NCBI GenBank assembly: GCA_026770705.1
Contig: JANJGN010000026.1
Span: 5,952,001-6,016,000, forward strand
DNA from: Isurus oxyrinchus
Taxonomy: Eukaryota
Reading direction: 5' to 3'
Length of the DNA stretch: 64,000 nucleotides
The position numbers and the translations under genes were made by a program. Below, piece after piece: positions 38,651 to 52,339 of this stretch; the stretch's first letter is position 1; every line of letters starts with the position of its first letter. The notes beneath the pieces are model-generated. The model was not told where the DNA came from. It saw nothing but the letters and a program-made list of their open reading frames with translations, and searched no databases.

Positions 38651-39207
38651 CACAGGAATCAGTGGTAATATTCAACAAGGGATTTATAATTAGTTAGATC
38701 GATGCAACCCTGAGTTTGGTGTTAAAGTGACTCCATTGATCGGAAGAATACTACCAAAGGGTCGCATAGAGGTCTGCTTCGACATATCTTGTATTTTTTT
38801 TTTTACCCATTTCACCTACATGACTGGAGCGTGTGGCAGAGTGCTTCCCTCGTATGTTCCCTTATTCATGCCGCTGCTGACTGCCTCTATGATCAACAAG
38901 GGGCTGAGTAACCTTGTGGAGATACCATGTGTTCCATGACAGCCTGTAATGCTTAAAGAGGTTTGTCTCCTCTAATAAAGCTGCCCAGAATAATATTGGA
39001 GGAATTCAAATAATGTGGAAAAAAAACCCAAGGGAGAGTCAAGGTTCCAGGTGGATGGATGAAACATAGGCGACAAAAGAAATGTATCTGGTCAAAAAAA
39101 TTGTCATCATGATTACCCGGTGAGCTATGGGACCACCCAGACTGGCGTGAGGGAGGCATGGGACACCTTGCCCAGAATGTCAATGACAAGCGCCTGGTCC
39201 CAAGTAA

Positions 39208-42200
39208 ATAGAATCTTAGAAGCATAGAAAATAGGAACAGAAGAAGTTAATTCAGCCCTTCGAGGTTCATCCGCCATTCATTGTGATGATGGCTGATCGT
39301 CTATCTCAACGTGGTGCTCCCACATTATCCTCAATCCCCTTGATACCTTTTGGGTGAAGAAATTTTTCTATGTCTTTCTGAAATATATTGAGTGATTTTC
39401 CCTCTGTGGCGTTCTGTGGCAGAGAGTTCCATAGGTTTACCACCCTTTGAGCGAATGTTCTCCTCATTTCAGTCCTAAATGGCATACCCCATAACCTGAG
39501 GCTGTGGCCCCTTGTTCTAGAACCCTCCACTCCCATAGCCAGAAGAAATACCATCCCCACATCCAGCATGCGACCCCTATCAGAATGTGGTACTTTTCCA
39601 TGAGGCATCCTATCATTCTTCTATATTCCAGTGAATATTGGCGTGGTCAGGACAATCTCTCCTCATACGACAATCCTGCCATCCAAAAAATCATTCTGGT
39701 GAACATTTGCTGCACTCCCGCTATGGCAAGTTTATCCCTCCTTATGTGAGGAGAACAAAACTGCACACAGTGCACCAGATGTGGTCTCACCAAGGCACTG
39801 TTTAGCTGCAGTAATTCATCCATGCTCCCGCACTCATGTCCTCTTGCAATGAAAGCCAACACAGCATTTGCCTTCTTAACTGTTTGTTGCACCAGCATGC
39901 ATGCTTTCAATGTTTTGTGTAGAAGGACAGCGAGGCCCCTTTGTGCATCAATATTTCCCAATCCATCACCATTTAAATAATATGCTGCCATTCAGTTCTT
40001 CCAACGGAATTGGATCACTTCACACTTATCCACGTTATACTGCATCTGCCATGTATTTGCCCACTCAAGCAACCAGTCTAAATCACCTTGGAGTCTCTTA
40101 ACACCCCCCTGATCATTCACATCTCCACTTAGTTTTGTGTCATCAGCAAAGTTGTAAAAATTACATTTGGTTCCCTGATTCAAATCATTGATACATATTG
40201 TGAAGAGCTGGGGCACAAACAGTGATCCCTGCAGTATCTCCAAAGTCAATGTCTGCCATTCTGATGAAGACAAATTTATTTCTACACGCTGTTTCTTGTC
40301 TTCTAAGCAATTTTTAATCCATATCAATATATTACCCCCAATCCCAAGTGCTTTAATTTTACACACCAATCTCATATGAGGCACATCATCAAAAACTTTC
40401 TGCAATACATCACATCCACTGGTTCTCCCTTATCTATTCTGCGAGTTAGGCCCTCAGAACACTCCAGAATGTTTGTCAGATATGATTTCCCGTTCAGAAC
40501 CCACGTTAAATTTGTCTATTCTCATTGATATTTTCTAAGTGTCCTGTTATTGCTTCCTTTTTAATAGGCTCTAGCATTTTGCTGACTACTGATGTTATTA
40601 TTTAAATGATGAAGGATAGGGAAATATTGATGCACAAAGGGGCCTCCGTGTCCTTCTACACCAAACACTGAAAGCATGCATGCCGGTGCAACAAACAGTT
40701 AAGAAGGCAAATGCTGTGTTGGCCTAACATCTCTCTTTTCTCACTCCCTCCTTTCTTCATTCATGGAGTTATATTATCCACCCTCCAATCTGCCGGGACT
40801 CTTGCAAAATCTGCAAAATTGTGGAAAGTGACAAGTAACGCATGCACTATTTCCACGCTACCACCTAAAGTAGCCTGGGATATGCACTATCAGGCCCCAA
40901 ACATTTATCAGCTTTCACCAGCACTATTTTTGTAATACTAATTTCCTTCAATCCTTCCTTCTCACTGGAACCTCGATCCTAGTATTTCTGGGAAGTTACT
41001 TGTGTCTTACTCCATGAAGACAGAACTAAAGTAGTTATGTAATTGTTCTGCTATTTCCTTGTTCTCCATTATAAATTCCACCATGTCAGATAGTTAGGGG
41101 CCTATATTTGTCTTCACTAATCTTTTCTGTTTCCTTTTAGATGTTTGTAGAAGGTTTTACAGTCCGCTTTTCTATTCCTTGCAAGTTTACTCTCATCCTT
41201 GATTTTTCCCCTCTTAATCTATTGGTCTTCCTTTGCTGAACTCTAAACTGCTCCAAATTCTCAGGCTTACTACTTTTTCCAATAAATTTATATAACGTCT
41301 CTTTGTATGTAATAATGTCCTTAATTTATTGTGAATGGGGCGCAATTCTTGTGCAGTTTATTTTGTGCCATAAAGGAACATATAACTGTTGTGGCGCATT
41401 CATTAGTCCCTTAAACATCAGCCATTGCCCTTCTACCATCATGCGATTTAATGAAGTTCCCCAATCGATCTTACCCAATTCATGCATCATAGCTTCATCG
41501 GTTCCTCAGGCCGGAGTTTCAGATCGGACTATTTCAATTTTGATCCGATTAAGGAATTTTGTCCTCCTGTGGTCAATTTTTCCTGAAGGCCCCGGCACAG
41601 CAAAATTATTAATTAACCCTTTCTCATTACACAGTACGAAATCTAGGATGGCCTGCTTCTACGCGGTTCCTGGAAATATTGGTCTGAAAAAGGCATCTCG
41701 TGCAAACTCCAGGAATTCATCTGTCGCAGTATTATTGCCAAGTTAGTTTGCCTGGTCGAAATTCAGTTTTAATGCATTCATGCTTACTGCAGCGCCCTTG
41801 TTACAGGCATCACTAATTTCCCACTTATTGTTATCCTCTATACTATCACTGCTGTTTGGAGGCCTATTTACAACTCCTAATAAGATTTTTCACCACTTGT
41901 TGCTTCTTAGATCCACCAGGACTGATTCTGCATCTAGATTTACTAAGCCAATATCCTCTTGCACATTCACACTGATTTATCTCTTAACAAGCAATGCAAT
42001 GTGATCATCATAAATACATTAAATGGATATTCAGTTCCCAGCTTTGGTCATCCTGCAGCCATGTCTACATAATCGCAATCATATCGTACCAACTTACATC
42101 TAACAATGCCAAGCCAGTCTCTTTTCATTTTTGCTTGTGCTGCCTAAATATCGAGTCTCCTTGGATATTCAGTTCCCAGCCTTGGTCACCTTCTCCATAA

Positions 42201-43392
42201 TCGCAATCATATCGCACCCATTTACATGTATTTGTGCTGTTAATTCATTAAACTTATTGTGAACACTCGGCACATTCAGGCACAGGGCCTTTAGACTTGT
42301 CCTTTTAAAATTTCTACGCTATGAACCTATTTCATGCTAGTGCTTGTTCCCTCTGCCTTCCATTTTTGCTTTTTACTTTTCTCTTTTTCATTCTTAACTT
42401 TGTTTCCCTCCTTTGAGTCTCTTGTTCAGGTTCCCAGCCAACTGCCAAGCTAATTTAAACTCTTCCCAAAGGTATTAGCTATTACCCATGCAAGGATAGT
42501 CGTCCTGGTACTGCTGGTGTGCAACCCATTCAGCTTGTACAGTTCTCAACTTCCCCAGAATCGGTCCCAATGACTCGTGAATCTGAATCTCTCTTCCCTA
42601 CACCACCTCCACGGACATACATTCATCTTGCCTATTCTCCTATACCTGACCTCGCTAACACGTGACGTGGTGATAATGCTGAGGCGACTATCTTTGATGT
42701 CCTGCTTTTTATTTATTTTTTTCCTGGCTCCTTCAGAATGTAATCTACCTTCTAACATATTTAGTTTGCACCGAAGTGGGCCACGAACCCTGGCTGTTCA
42801 CCACCACCCCTCCCCTCCGGTTCAGAATGTTCTTCAGCCACTCAGCAACCTCCTTCACCCCAGTACCACGGAGAAAACATGCCATCCTGATGTCACGTAG
42901 GCAGCTGCAGTAACGTCAATCTGTTCCTCTTACAATTGCACCCCCTATCACTTCTACCTCATATTCCTTTTTCTACTCAACTACTTTGCAGCTGAGCCAC
43001 TCGTGGTGGCATGGACTTAGCTGTTGATGCATTTGCCTGAGAATCTCCCTCAGCAGGATCCAAAATGGAAAATCGGTTAGAGAGGTAGATGGCCCGACAA
43101 AACACCTGCAGTAGCTGCTGGTGATTCTACTCTGTTTGGCGATCACCCATTCCCTTTATGCCTTTGCACTCACTGCCTGCAATGCCACCATCTCACTGCA
43201 CGTGCTATCCACAAGCACTTTATCGTTGCGAATGCTCCACAGTGACCCCAGCAGCAGCTGCAGTTGCGACACATGGGTTTCGAGTAGCTGAAGCGAATCT
43301 TCCCTTCACACATGGTTGCCCTGTACCCTAGAAGAATCCCTGACTTCCCAGAAAACACAGGCGCATTCAACATGCTTGATCTGCCCTGGCAT
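39208..43392 (-). mobile_element. Decayed, near full-span CR1 LINE
   Basis: QKVFDDVPHMRLVCKIK..QGSLFVPQLFTICINDL..FADDTKL, ALVRPHLVHCVQF and RTRGHSLRL..QRVVNLWNSLP; ORF1-like RFTSHWDRFWG. Confidence 0.92.
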
Positions 43393-44820
43393 GACCTACC
43401 CTTAAGAAACTCCCTTTATTTTTACTTCCTCTAGTTTGAACAATATTATAGACAGGGGAAGAAAGAAAAACTTTCCAGGTCCTATTTACAAAGGCTAACA
43501 TTCTTCTTACTGAGGCAAGGTAGGAAATGAAAGGATCACTCTTTCCTCTTCATCAAAATCACCCTCTCATCAAACTGCAGCTAGAACACTTTAGTGTTGC
43601 ACAAAGCAGCACTCCAGTGCAGACAAAGGCAACACTGTAGATGGCTTGGTTTTATGCCGTCTGAATCTATTTTCCAAAACCCTGTTTAATCCAGTTAACT
43701 GATTAAGTAGCTGCAGTGCAAGCAGAGCTTGTATAAGCCCTGTTTCAAAGTTAGATGGAAATAAACCTTCCCCGACCTAAAGAGAAAATTTTAGTTGATT
43801 GCAAAATTAAGGAATGATTAGGCTTTGGATAGATGTTAACTTTTAAAAGATCCTCTCTCAACAAGCTCCAAATTGAGCTTTCTAATGCAGCCCAAGGCAG
43901 CACTCGAGCTCCTCTCAGCAATGCCACGAAATCTCCAATGACCACTTGTTGGTCGAATCCTAGGAAGCCCTCTTCGCATGTCATCTGCTGATAGATTCTA
44001 AGGCTATGGCTGCTCGGAAGGAGACTTTTTGGCCTATCAAGTCCATGTCTGCATCTCATAACACGAACCACCAACTTCCAAATACAGATTATATCACAGC
44101 TCCTCACTCAGCAGCATTGATTGGAAATCAGAACACATGCCTGACACCCAGAAATTTCGCCTCACTATCGTACATTTACCGATGCCACCACCTTCCTGCC
44201 CACATTTCTCTGCCATCACGGAGCTCCTAATATTCAGAAATAGCAACAGTATCAACACATCATGGTGCTAGACATACAGACATTATGTCCTCTCCCTTCC
44301 TTCACCAACACAATCACTCCCCCTCCCCCCACCCCTCCCACATCTCTGAAAGCAAAAGGTCACAGTCAAGATCAGGGACCAGAGCATAAACAGCGTGGCG
44401 TGCGGGCTGTGGGCCCTTTAGAGTCTCTGGGCAGCGTTGTAGATGGCTTGGGGTCGATAGGGACTGAGTTCCTGCCATTCAGCATCGCTGAGTTTTTTTT
44501 TGATGATCATGGCACCTTCCCGTTTTATGCACGTTCTCAAATTCAAAATCATCCTTATTCGTTTACGTGGCATGACATGTAAGTTTATGATGGTGAAAGC
44601 AAAGATCACTTATATGTCGCCAAATTATCATTCAATCTCAGCTTGTCTTTCTAATTTCTCGTCTTCATACATGGAGGGACTGTCAAATGCCCAGCACTGC
44701 AAAGCTCAAGAAAAAGTGACAAAGCAAGAACACAGACCTAATGAAAAGGTCACATGTGGCATGAGCAGGACAAGCAATGGATGGAATATAATGTCCAGTG
44801 GATGGAATATAATGCTTTTA

Positions 44821-47251
44821 TCACCATTTCAAGAATTTAAGCATTAGACTCAGTGGATATTTCAACCCATTCTTTAACATCTCCCTAATTTTACTCTGGG
44901 TCCCTTCATATATAAAGGTGTTAATAGAGGAACTCAAAAGCTGAAGCATAAATCCACCTTCATCTAGATTAAAGTTTGATTCTTCATAATTGGAGCCCGA
45001 GAAATAGCTAACATTCTGAATTTGGGCGCAGAGACTGTCATAACAACTAACAATTATAACAGGATGAAACTTCCAGAGACACAATAAAGTAAAACAATGG
45101 ACTTTCACCTCTTCTCCATCTCTGGGTCTCCCTGATCATCGCCATTGCTATTGTCCTGGAGTCTCTGTGGGCTCTACTGGCCACTAAAATGTGTCTCACA
45201 GTCAGAGCATTGAACAGTAAAACCATTATAAATGGGAGACAAGGAGTTAAACTGACAATAATCCAGTGAAATGCAAGCCAAGCAAGTGACATATAAAATA
45301 TTGTTTTTATATTGCAGTACAAAGCTATAATCAAAAAAGCAGGCTCATAAGTAAAGTACATGGGGATATTTCTGACACAGTTAAGAGTGCAGACAGCTCT
45401 TGTAATCACAGCCGCTGTTTACTCTGTGCAATAATTGATTTTCAACTTCTGGCAACAAATGGCAACAAATCGATCCAAGGTGAAAGCGACAGTTACGCAG
45501 ACAGATGACTCTCTGAGTGCATAAATTAATGCAAGATGGAAACTGCAGGCTCGAGTGACAAACAAGAAGCTGAACTGGAAATAAATACCTACAATCCGGT
45601 TCAATAACACAGTGGTGATAATGACCAGGAGATCCATTACCGCAATGAAAACTAGGCAATAAGTGATAAATTTGGAGAGACCGCATATTCCTCGAAAAAG
45701 GATCACATTCACTGTGAAATTAGCTGTGACAAAGAGACATAGCCAGGGAAAAAATGATTGGGACCAAGGCCAGAAGAGCAGGAAATTTTGGAGATACTCG
45801 GAGGTTGTTGAGCAACTGCAAAGGGATTAAAACTCTTAGCATTTCAGGTCGATGGCCTTCCATATCACTGGAGAAAATGAAACCTTCCTTAAATGCAGCA
45901 AACCCTCAACGCTGAATTGTGCTGTGAGAAAGAATATGGTATCAGTCCTATAGTGAACTTGCTACTTTCTGACCCAGTTACAGAAAATTCACTCAATTAT
46001 CATTTCTCTCAATGTGTAAAGAAGAACGAAGGCAAGAACAGTTCAAGACATTGGCCAATCGAAGCAGCACTACTCTACCTACTGGGGAATTGAGCAGAAA
46101 TGCAAGACATGACATTGAATGAAAAAAAATTAAAAATGTTCCACATGAGGGCAAAAAGCTAGGATGGGACGATCACGTAAATGAAAATATTCTAATTTGC
46201 ATGGAAATTGAAAGGGAACTTAAACTCACGATTGATAATGATTGAAAGCCAAACTTTCAATGCTTCACAGCAACCAGTAAAGCAACTCAACAAGCAATGA
46301 TTCATCTTCAGGTCAGTTAGCAGCACCCTCACTTCTGAGCAGAAATTGCAGGTACAATTGCTGCTGCAGGACTCGAGTGATGAAAGAGTGTTGCACTGCC
46401 ATGGCCACCGTGTTTCAGGCCAGATTATGAACTGAGAACCCATCTAATAAAATAAAAGCAAAGTTTGCACCGATCTGGTAGAAAGCTGCCTTCGCATTCC
46501 ACTGCAAGGGACAAAGTATACGATGGGAAATCCAATAGTTGTGTCGATAAAATAATGGTTCTCCATATACATTTTATTAGTTCCCATACGGGGGCAGTGG
46601 AAGTAAGACAATTGAAGTAAAATTAAACAGTACTAAAACTGAAAAATCACTGTAAGCAATGGTGTTACAAATGCAACAGAATTGCATTTGCACCTTGAAA
46701 TGGTAGCGGTAAATGGAAGAAATTATATAATTGAGAGGATAAAATGGTGCTGGTCACTTTCCAACAATGTGGATAAACCATTCTAGACGCAGGGCACTGC
46801 AAAATTGGCGAAACTTCAACAGTAAAACAGATATTTATGTCAGTAAATGCAAGATGAATTGTTAACGGCAGGTCACCATCATCTTCTCAAGGGCAATGAG
46901 GGATGGACAATAAATATTGGCCCAGCCAGAGAAGTCCACATCCCGTGAATGAAAAAAAAAACTAAACTGGAAAAAATTATACTTTAAAAGGGAAGCATTG
47001 TGTACGATAAAGGGACAGACCATAAAAATGGAAAAGTTGCCCTGTTAAAAGTGAGAAAGAATATGTGTACCGGTGGAACAGCAGTACTGCTAAATGAGAG
47101 GAGGGATCAAGTAAAGTCAGAAGATGAGAGACGTGATTCAACAATGATTTCAATAATGAACCAGTGACTAAAGTACTTTACCTGGAACCCCGATTGCTGC
47201 AAGGGTGGGATAGTAAACGGCAAGGAACAGTCCTCTTGGTATTCCGTGCAT
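44821..47251 (-). pseudogene. Two-exon GPR139-like GPCR pseudogene (exon 1 47251-47182, exon 2 45723-44821)
   Basis: Intact exon 1 MHGIPRGLFLAVYYPTLAAIGVP with GTAAAG donor. Exon 2 ANFTVNVILFRGICGLSK..AFTLDRFVAICCQKLKINYCTE*..TPCLPF..GFMLQLLSSSINTFIY..KW*, with a stop and frameshifts. Confidence 0.93.
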
Positions 47252-47297
47252 TTCTGTCACAAGTGGAGAATGCGATTTATACTATTCTGTAAAATTG

Positions 47298-47320
47298 TCA
47301 CATTTATACCTGATGTCAGG
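47298..47320 (-). promoter_or_regulatory. TATA-containing core promoter of a GPR139-like gene
   Basis: CCTGACATCAGGTATAAATGTGA with TATAAA at 47308-47303, ~50 nt upstream of the ATG. Confidence 0.75.
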
Positions 47321-48158
47321 CCCCTGAGAAATAATAAGTTAGTCTGATCTTGCACATTAATTACAGTGATTGAATCAACCAGCTGAGTAATGATGCTGCC
47401 GAACATGTGCATTTTTCGAAGGAGAGGAAAGTATTTTTTAACTGACGCTACATAAAAGTGGAGTCACCATAAGATATAATATATTGTCAGCAATAATAAT
47501 GATCAGCAAACAGCTTCTACATCGACAAGTCCTCAGCATTGCCTCTTCGTGACAATAGCCAAGAGCTTGGACCCTGGCGGCCCCAGGCTAAAGCTGCAGT
47601 GGAACTCGGAGTAGGATTGGCCCCTATACCTGCACTCATGAGTAAAACTGCCAACTACAGTCAAATGGCTTCACTGCATTTTGGATACGTCGGGAGAGTT
47701 GAAGGCCCCCTTGTGAAACTTGACAAAATAAAATCCAAGAAATCGATTTGGGGTCCAAAGCTGGGCTGGTGTCCAAACTTAATATCTTCCCCACGGTTGC
47801 GCCCTGGAAGCAGAAGCCAATTTCACTGCCGATCATTAATACAACACGTCTCCAATAGACAGAGTTAAGTAATCCAGATAACTATTAACTAGTTTCCGAA
47901 TATTACTGTAAGATGACAATGTAAATATTAAAACATGAGACCATCATCAAATAGAACTCTTGCTGCTGGTGGGTAAATGAATACAGTTGGCTCCATTGGG
48001 CACTAAACTAAGATCATAAAGCTCCCATACCGCCGTTGAATCAAATTAATTATCTAACATCCATAGTTTCTGACATCGCCTATCCTTACCCACTCCGGAC
48101 GAAATCGAGTCTCACTCATTTCCCAGCCAACTTGGATCTTCATCATTGCACGTTTCCA

Positions 48159-48292
48159 TGAAGTTTCCACGTCCTTGCACACCGTGTTACCGTTTCCAGC
48201 CTCCGCATTTGACAATCTGCTGAAGTTTCCAGATCATTGCACACAGCTTTACCGTCTCCAGCCTCCACATTTCACAATCTGCTGAGGTTTCC
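48159..48292 (+). repeat. 62-bp tandem repeat (~2.2 copies)
   Basis: TGA(A/G)GTTTCC recurs at 48159, 48221 and 48283 with conserved TTACCGT.TCCAGCCTCC.CATTT.ACAATCTGC. Confidence 0.9.
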
Positions 48293-50161
48293 GCCACCTC
48301 CAGCATGATGACATCACAAACGCATCGACCCCTGACCTTTCAGAATCTCGAAGGGAGAGTTCACTCCGAGGCCCCCTGCTCCATTATTTAACCACCCTCC
48401 ACAGATCCTCCTCTTCCTGCATCACGTTCATAACGTGCAACACCTTCTCATTCACGTCCATTCTCTTCCATATAACTTCCACACATGCTTTCCATGTATA
48501 TACAGCGATTTGCATGAACATATTCTAATCTATCACATTCTATTTGCTGGTCGTTATGCTGCGTCCTGTACAAAGTGGGAAGCAAAAGCAGATGTGTATC
48601 CCATTTTTTATTTGCATTTGGAACTGAGTATTATTCCCTCTTAACTGATGAGGTTAGAGGCGAACCATGCTAATCTTCGGCCTCTGTTCGGAAACACTCA
48701 GGCAACCGTACACAAACTGTTCTAGGAGGCAGTGGGAGGAACAAATTTGATTGTGGCGTTGCTGTTGATCGTGTATAATTGGCGTGTCCTGAGCTCAGCT
48801 AAATGTTGAAGACAGCTTATCTGATCAGACCGTGAATATATCGTTTGATTCTGTCTCAGTACAAAAGCACACTCCATAATTGAGGCTTCCAGTTCTTACT
48901 GAAATTCTGCGTTTTAAGGAGGATGGGTCAGAAAAGCGACAACAGGTCTGGTGGGCACTTTGGCGAACATCTATTCAGTGTGTGCATGTGAACCTGCACT
49001 TTCAACCAGCTGCAGTTATAATTCTGCATCCCACTCCGACTGATGTCCTTCTGCCCTTGACCTTCTCTACTGTTCTGCTAAAAATCAACGAAAGCGAAGG
49101 AACAAGACTTCAATTTAGGTTTAGGAAGTGTCCAGCCATATGGCTCAAGACTGAGTTGAACCATTTCAGATCAAACGCCTTCCTGCCATTTTTTTTTGGA
49201 CAACAGCCTTAGGCAATTATTCTATCAACACTGATTCCGCTTCCTCTTGTCCTATTTCCTGAAAAATATTGTTAAGTTATGCTGCTGCATCAAAAGGCAG
49301 CAAGTTTGAACTCCGCTCCTGAATCCGAATCTGTAATCAAGCTCCGTACTCCCGGTGCATTGCTGGAGAACTGCAAGACCGTCAGACCGGCCGTCCTTCT
49401 GAGGAAAAGTTGAGTGGATGTCGTTCCACTTCTTCAATTACAGGAAACTCGTGACACTGTTAGAAGATCAGATGTTTCTGTCTGTGAGACATAAACAGCA
49501 ATCTACTGGCAAGATATATCAGAAATACATGCAGACGAATCTATAATCTCCCAACCTACTGTAGCAGGATCTCACTGATGATAACAGCTCCCACTAATGT
49601 ACATTAGCGTACTGCAAAAAAAAACTGCCGATGCTCCTTGACTTCTTTCCAGAGGAGTAGAGGCCGCATTCAACCAATATTATTGGTGCATGGCTTTCTT
49701 TTCCTCAACCTTCAACCTTAATGATATTTATTAAAACTTTCTTATTAACCATATATTACTTCCTATCATTCGCTTCATTCAGCTTTATTTCTGTTCTTCT
49801 GCAGTTCTTATTGTGATCATTTACTATGGTTTATTATGAATCAACGTGCGGTATTTTATTATAATTACTTCCATGTTAACGTTGCTATTAGTCCATTAAT
49901 ACCTATATAAATTATGTTCCCTCTACTTCTCTATTATATAAAGTTTTCATGGATCTAAAAAAAGAAATGCTACGTTTCCTTTATGTTTGGCATTCCAGTT
50001 TTATTTGAAACAGTCATTTGCTTTGTTGAATAAAGAGCAATGCATTGATAAAACAATCAGTTTCAGTGTTGATTAGTGCAAATATCATACCATCCTGCCA
50101 CCAAAGTGATGTTGTAGCTATGACTCTGATTACGACTTCCATCCTTCTCTATGTCTTACAG

Positions 50162-51070
50162 CTAACCTATTGACGATTGTGATCCCACGCCGAGGAAGGT
50201 CTGGTCTGTCCAGATGTATCACTTATTACCTGGTATCCATGGCGGTGACGAATCTCCTTGTCATTATCACTGCTGTGATATTAAGCCGGCTTCGCGCTAT
50301 CTATTTCCCACTGAGTTTCCTTTCCACTACCCCTGCCTGCAGCCTGATAATTGTCCTCAGCTGCACTTACAGAGACAGTTCTGTCTGGTTAACTGTCGCC
50401 TTTAGCTTCGATCGCTTCATGGCCATTTGCTCCCAGCAGCTGAAATGGAAATACTGCACTCATGAAACAGCAGCTATGGTTAGTGGAATGGTCTGTGTCT
50501 TCTTCTGCTTGAAAAACCCCCCTTTTTACTTCATATATGAACGTATGTATGTCAGCAATAACGTACCGTGGTCCTGCAGAATTAGGGAAATCACTCATAT
50601 TTCCGTCCCATGGAGGGTGTTTGACTGTCTGGACCGCATTCTAACTCCATGTCTCCCTTTTGTGCTCATTTTCCTGCTCAATGTACCGACTGCCAGACAT
50701 ATTCTATCAGTCAGTCGAACACGGGGGAGACTCTGAACCCAAAACATTGGAGAGAATCGGAGCGACCCAGATATGGAGAACCGCAGAAGGTCCATCATTT
50801 TACTTTTCACCATTTCTGGTAGTTTCCTTCTGCTTTGGTTGACATATGTTGTAAATTTCCTATTTGTACAAATTACAGTCAATAACTATCCAATAGGTTC
50901 TAATTCCAATGACCCGAAATTTATTCTGCAGGAAAGCGGGTACATGCTTCAACTCTTGAGTTCCTGCAAAAATCCGTGTATTTATGCAGGGACCCAGAGC
51001 ATATTCAGGGAGAGTTGAAAGACGCAGTTAAATATGCTATAAATCTAATTAGGTAATGGCGTAAACAGTG
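50162..51070 (+). pseudogene. GPR139-like exon 2, least decayed copy
   Basis: TTACAG acceptor; ANLLTIVIPRRGRSGLSRCITYYLVSMAV..FSFDRFMAIC..TPCLPF..RL*TQNIGENRSDPDMENRRRSIILLF..GYMLQLLSSCKNPCIYAGTQ. One internal TGA (50734-50736) and a frameshift after TM7; exon 1 not found. Confidence 0.93.
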
Positions 51071-52339
51071 AATATAGCTGTATGAATTATTACAGTAATT
51101 CTGCCTCTGTTTCTAATTACAATAAAAAAGAATGTAAAATTTAGTCAGCCCGATGTGTACACTGCTTGTTCAATTCTATTTTCCTTCTTAATGTTCATGA
51201 ATTTATTTGTGCTTGACCAGCGTGTATTGTGATCTTTTGGTACGGTACTGGGATCACTACACAGATTTCCAATGCCACGGTAGGGAGTTGTGAATTTGAG
51301 TACAATTAAATTCTGCTTATATTTGAGCTGCCATCGAACACATCCCTGAAGACTCGCCGCGGTTCTGTATGAACTCGCCTAAATTCTTCCTGTCATTCAG
51401 GTAATGGAATTTTCCGACTGTCCCCAAACAAGTCAACTTAAAATCCAATCTCACACCTTCGTATTGATTCTGAATTCCCTCAGGGAAACTGGGTAAGGCC
51501 ATTGGGCACAGTTACGTTTTCAGCCCGGGCTATCTTTGACGCTGCTGATTGGCAGGCCAGTCCAGACAGAGTCTGAAGTAATTTTTTATCTGTTTTCCTT
51601 GAGTGCGCATTTGATATCTTCTATAAATATTAAACACTGTGTTCATCCATTTTTGACCTAAAGGTGATAAACTCCCTTTCCAATGAAAAATAGAGTAGTG
51701 CTTCCCATAGTTACATATTTGTTTTGATTTGATGCATTCACTTTGGTATTGCAAGACTGAAATGGATAAATTCTTATAACCTACTGCCGGGCAAGTTATG
51801 TAATCCAATTTCCTCAGAGTATTGATGGTTATATCTAGTTTTGACAAAGTTTTCAGGACTGCAGGAACATTAATGTAACCAATCACCATCTTTCATCAAA
51901 GTCTATATTCCACTACCAATATTCTTTCTAGCATCCCGTGTCTTACTTTTTATGTTTAGGAATTATACTCATATATACCAGTGAGATAGGGGTTAAATTG
52001 CTGGCCAATGAGATTCTCAAACTTTGCTCAGTTCATTTAACATTTCCTTTATTTGTCTCATTCAAAGTGTTCCTCTCTCCATCTAAATCTCTCTCTCTCT
52101 CTCTTTCTCCCTCTCGCTTTCTCCATTGCCCCTTTTTTCTTCTCCAATTCTGCAATTTCCAACTCTCTGTTCATTTCAACTTAACGGAAACTTTTTCACA
52201 TCATTTTTACATGCATCAGCTTTTCCCAAAGTACTTCAGATTGATTATGTTTCTAGGCCATGACTTAATGCCGTTGGATGTGAAGCAGTTCAGAGTATGG
52301 GCAGTAATGGAATAAGTTATTACACAGGAAAATATAAGA

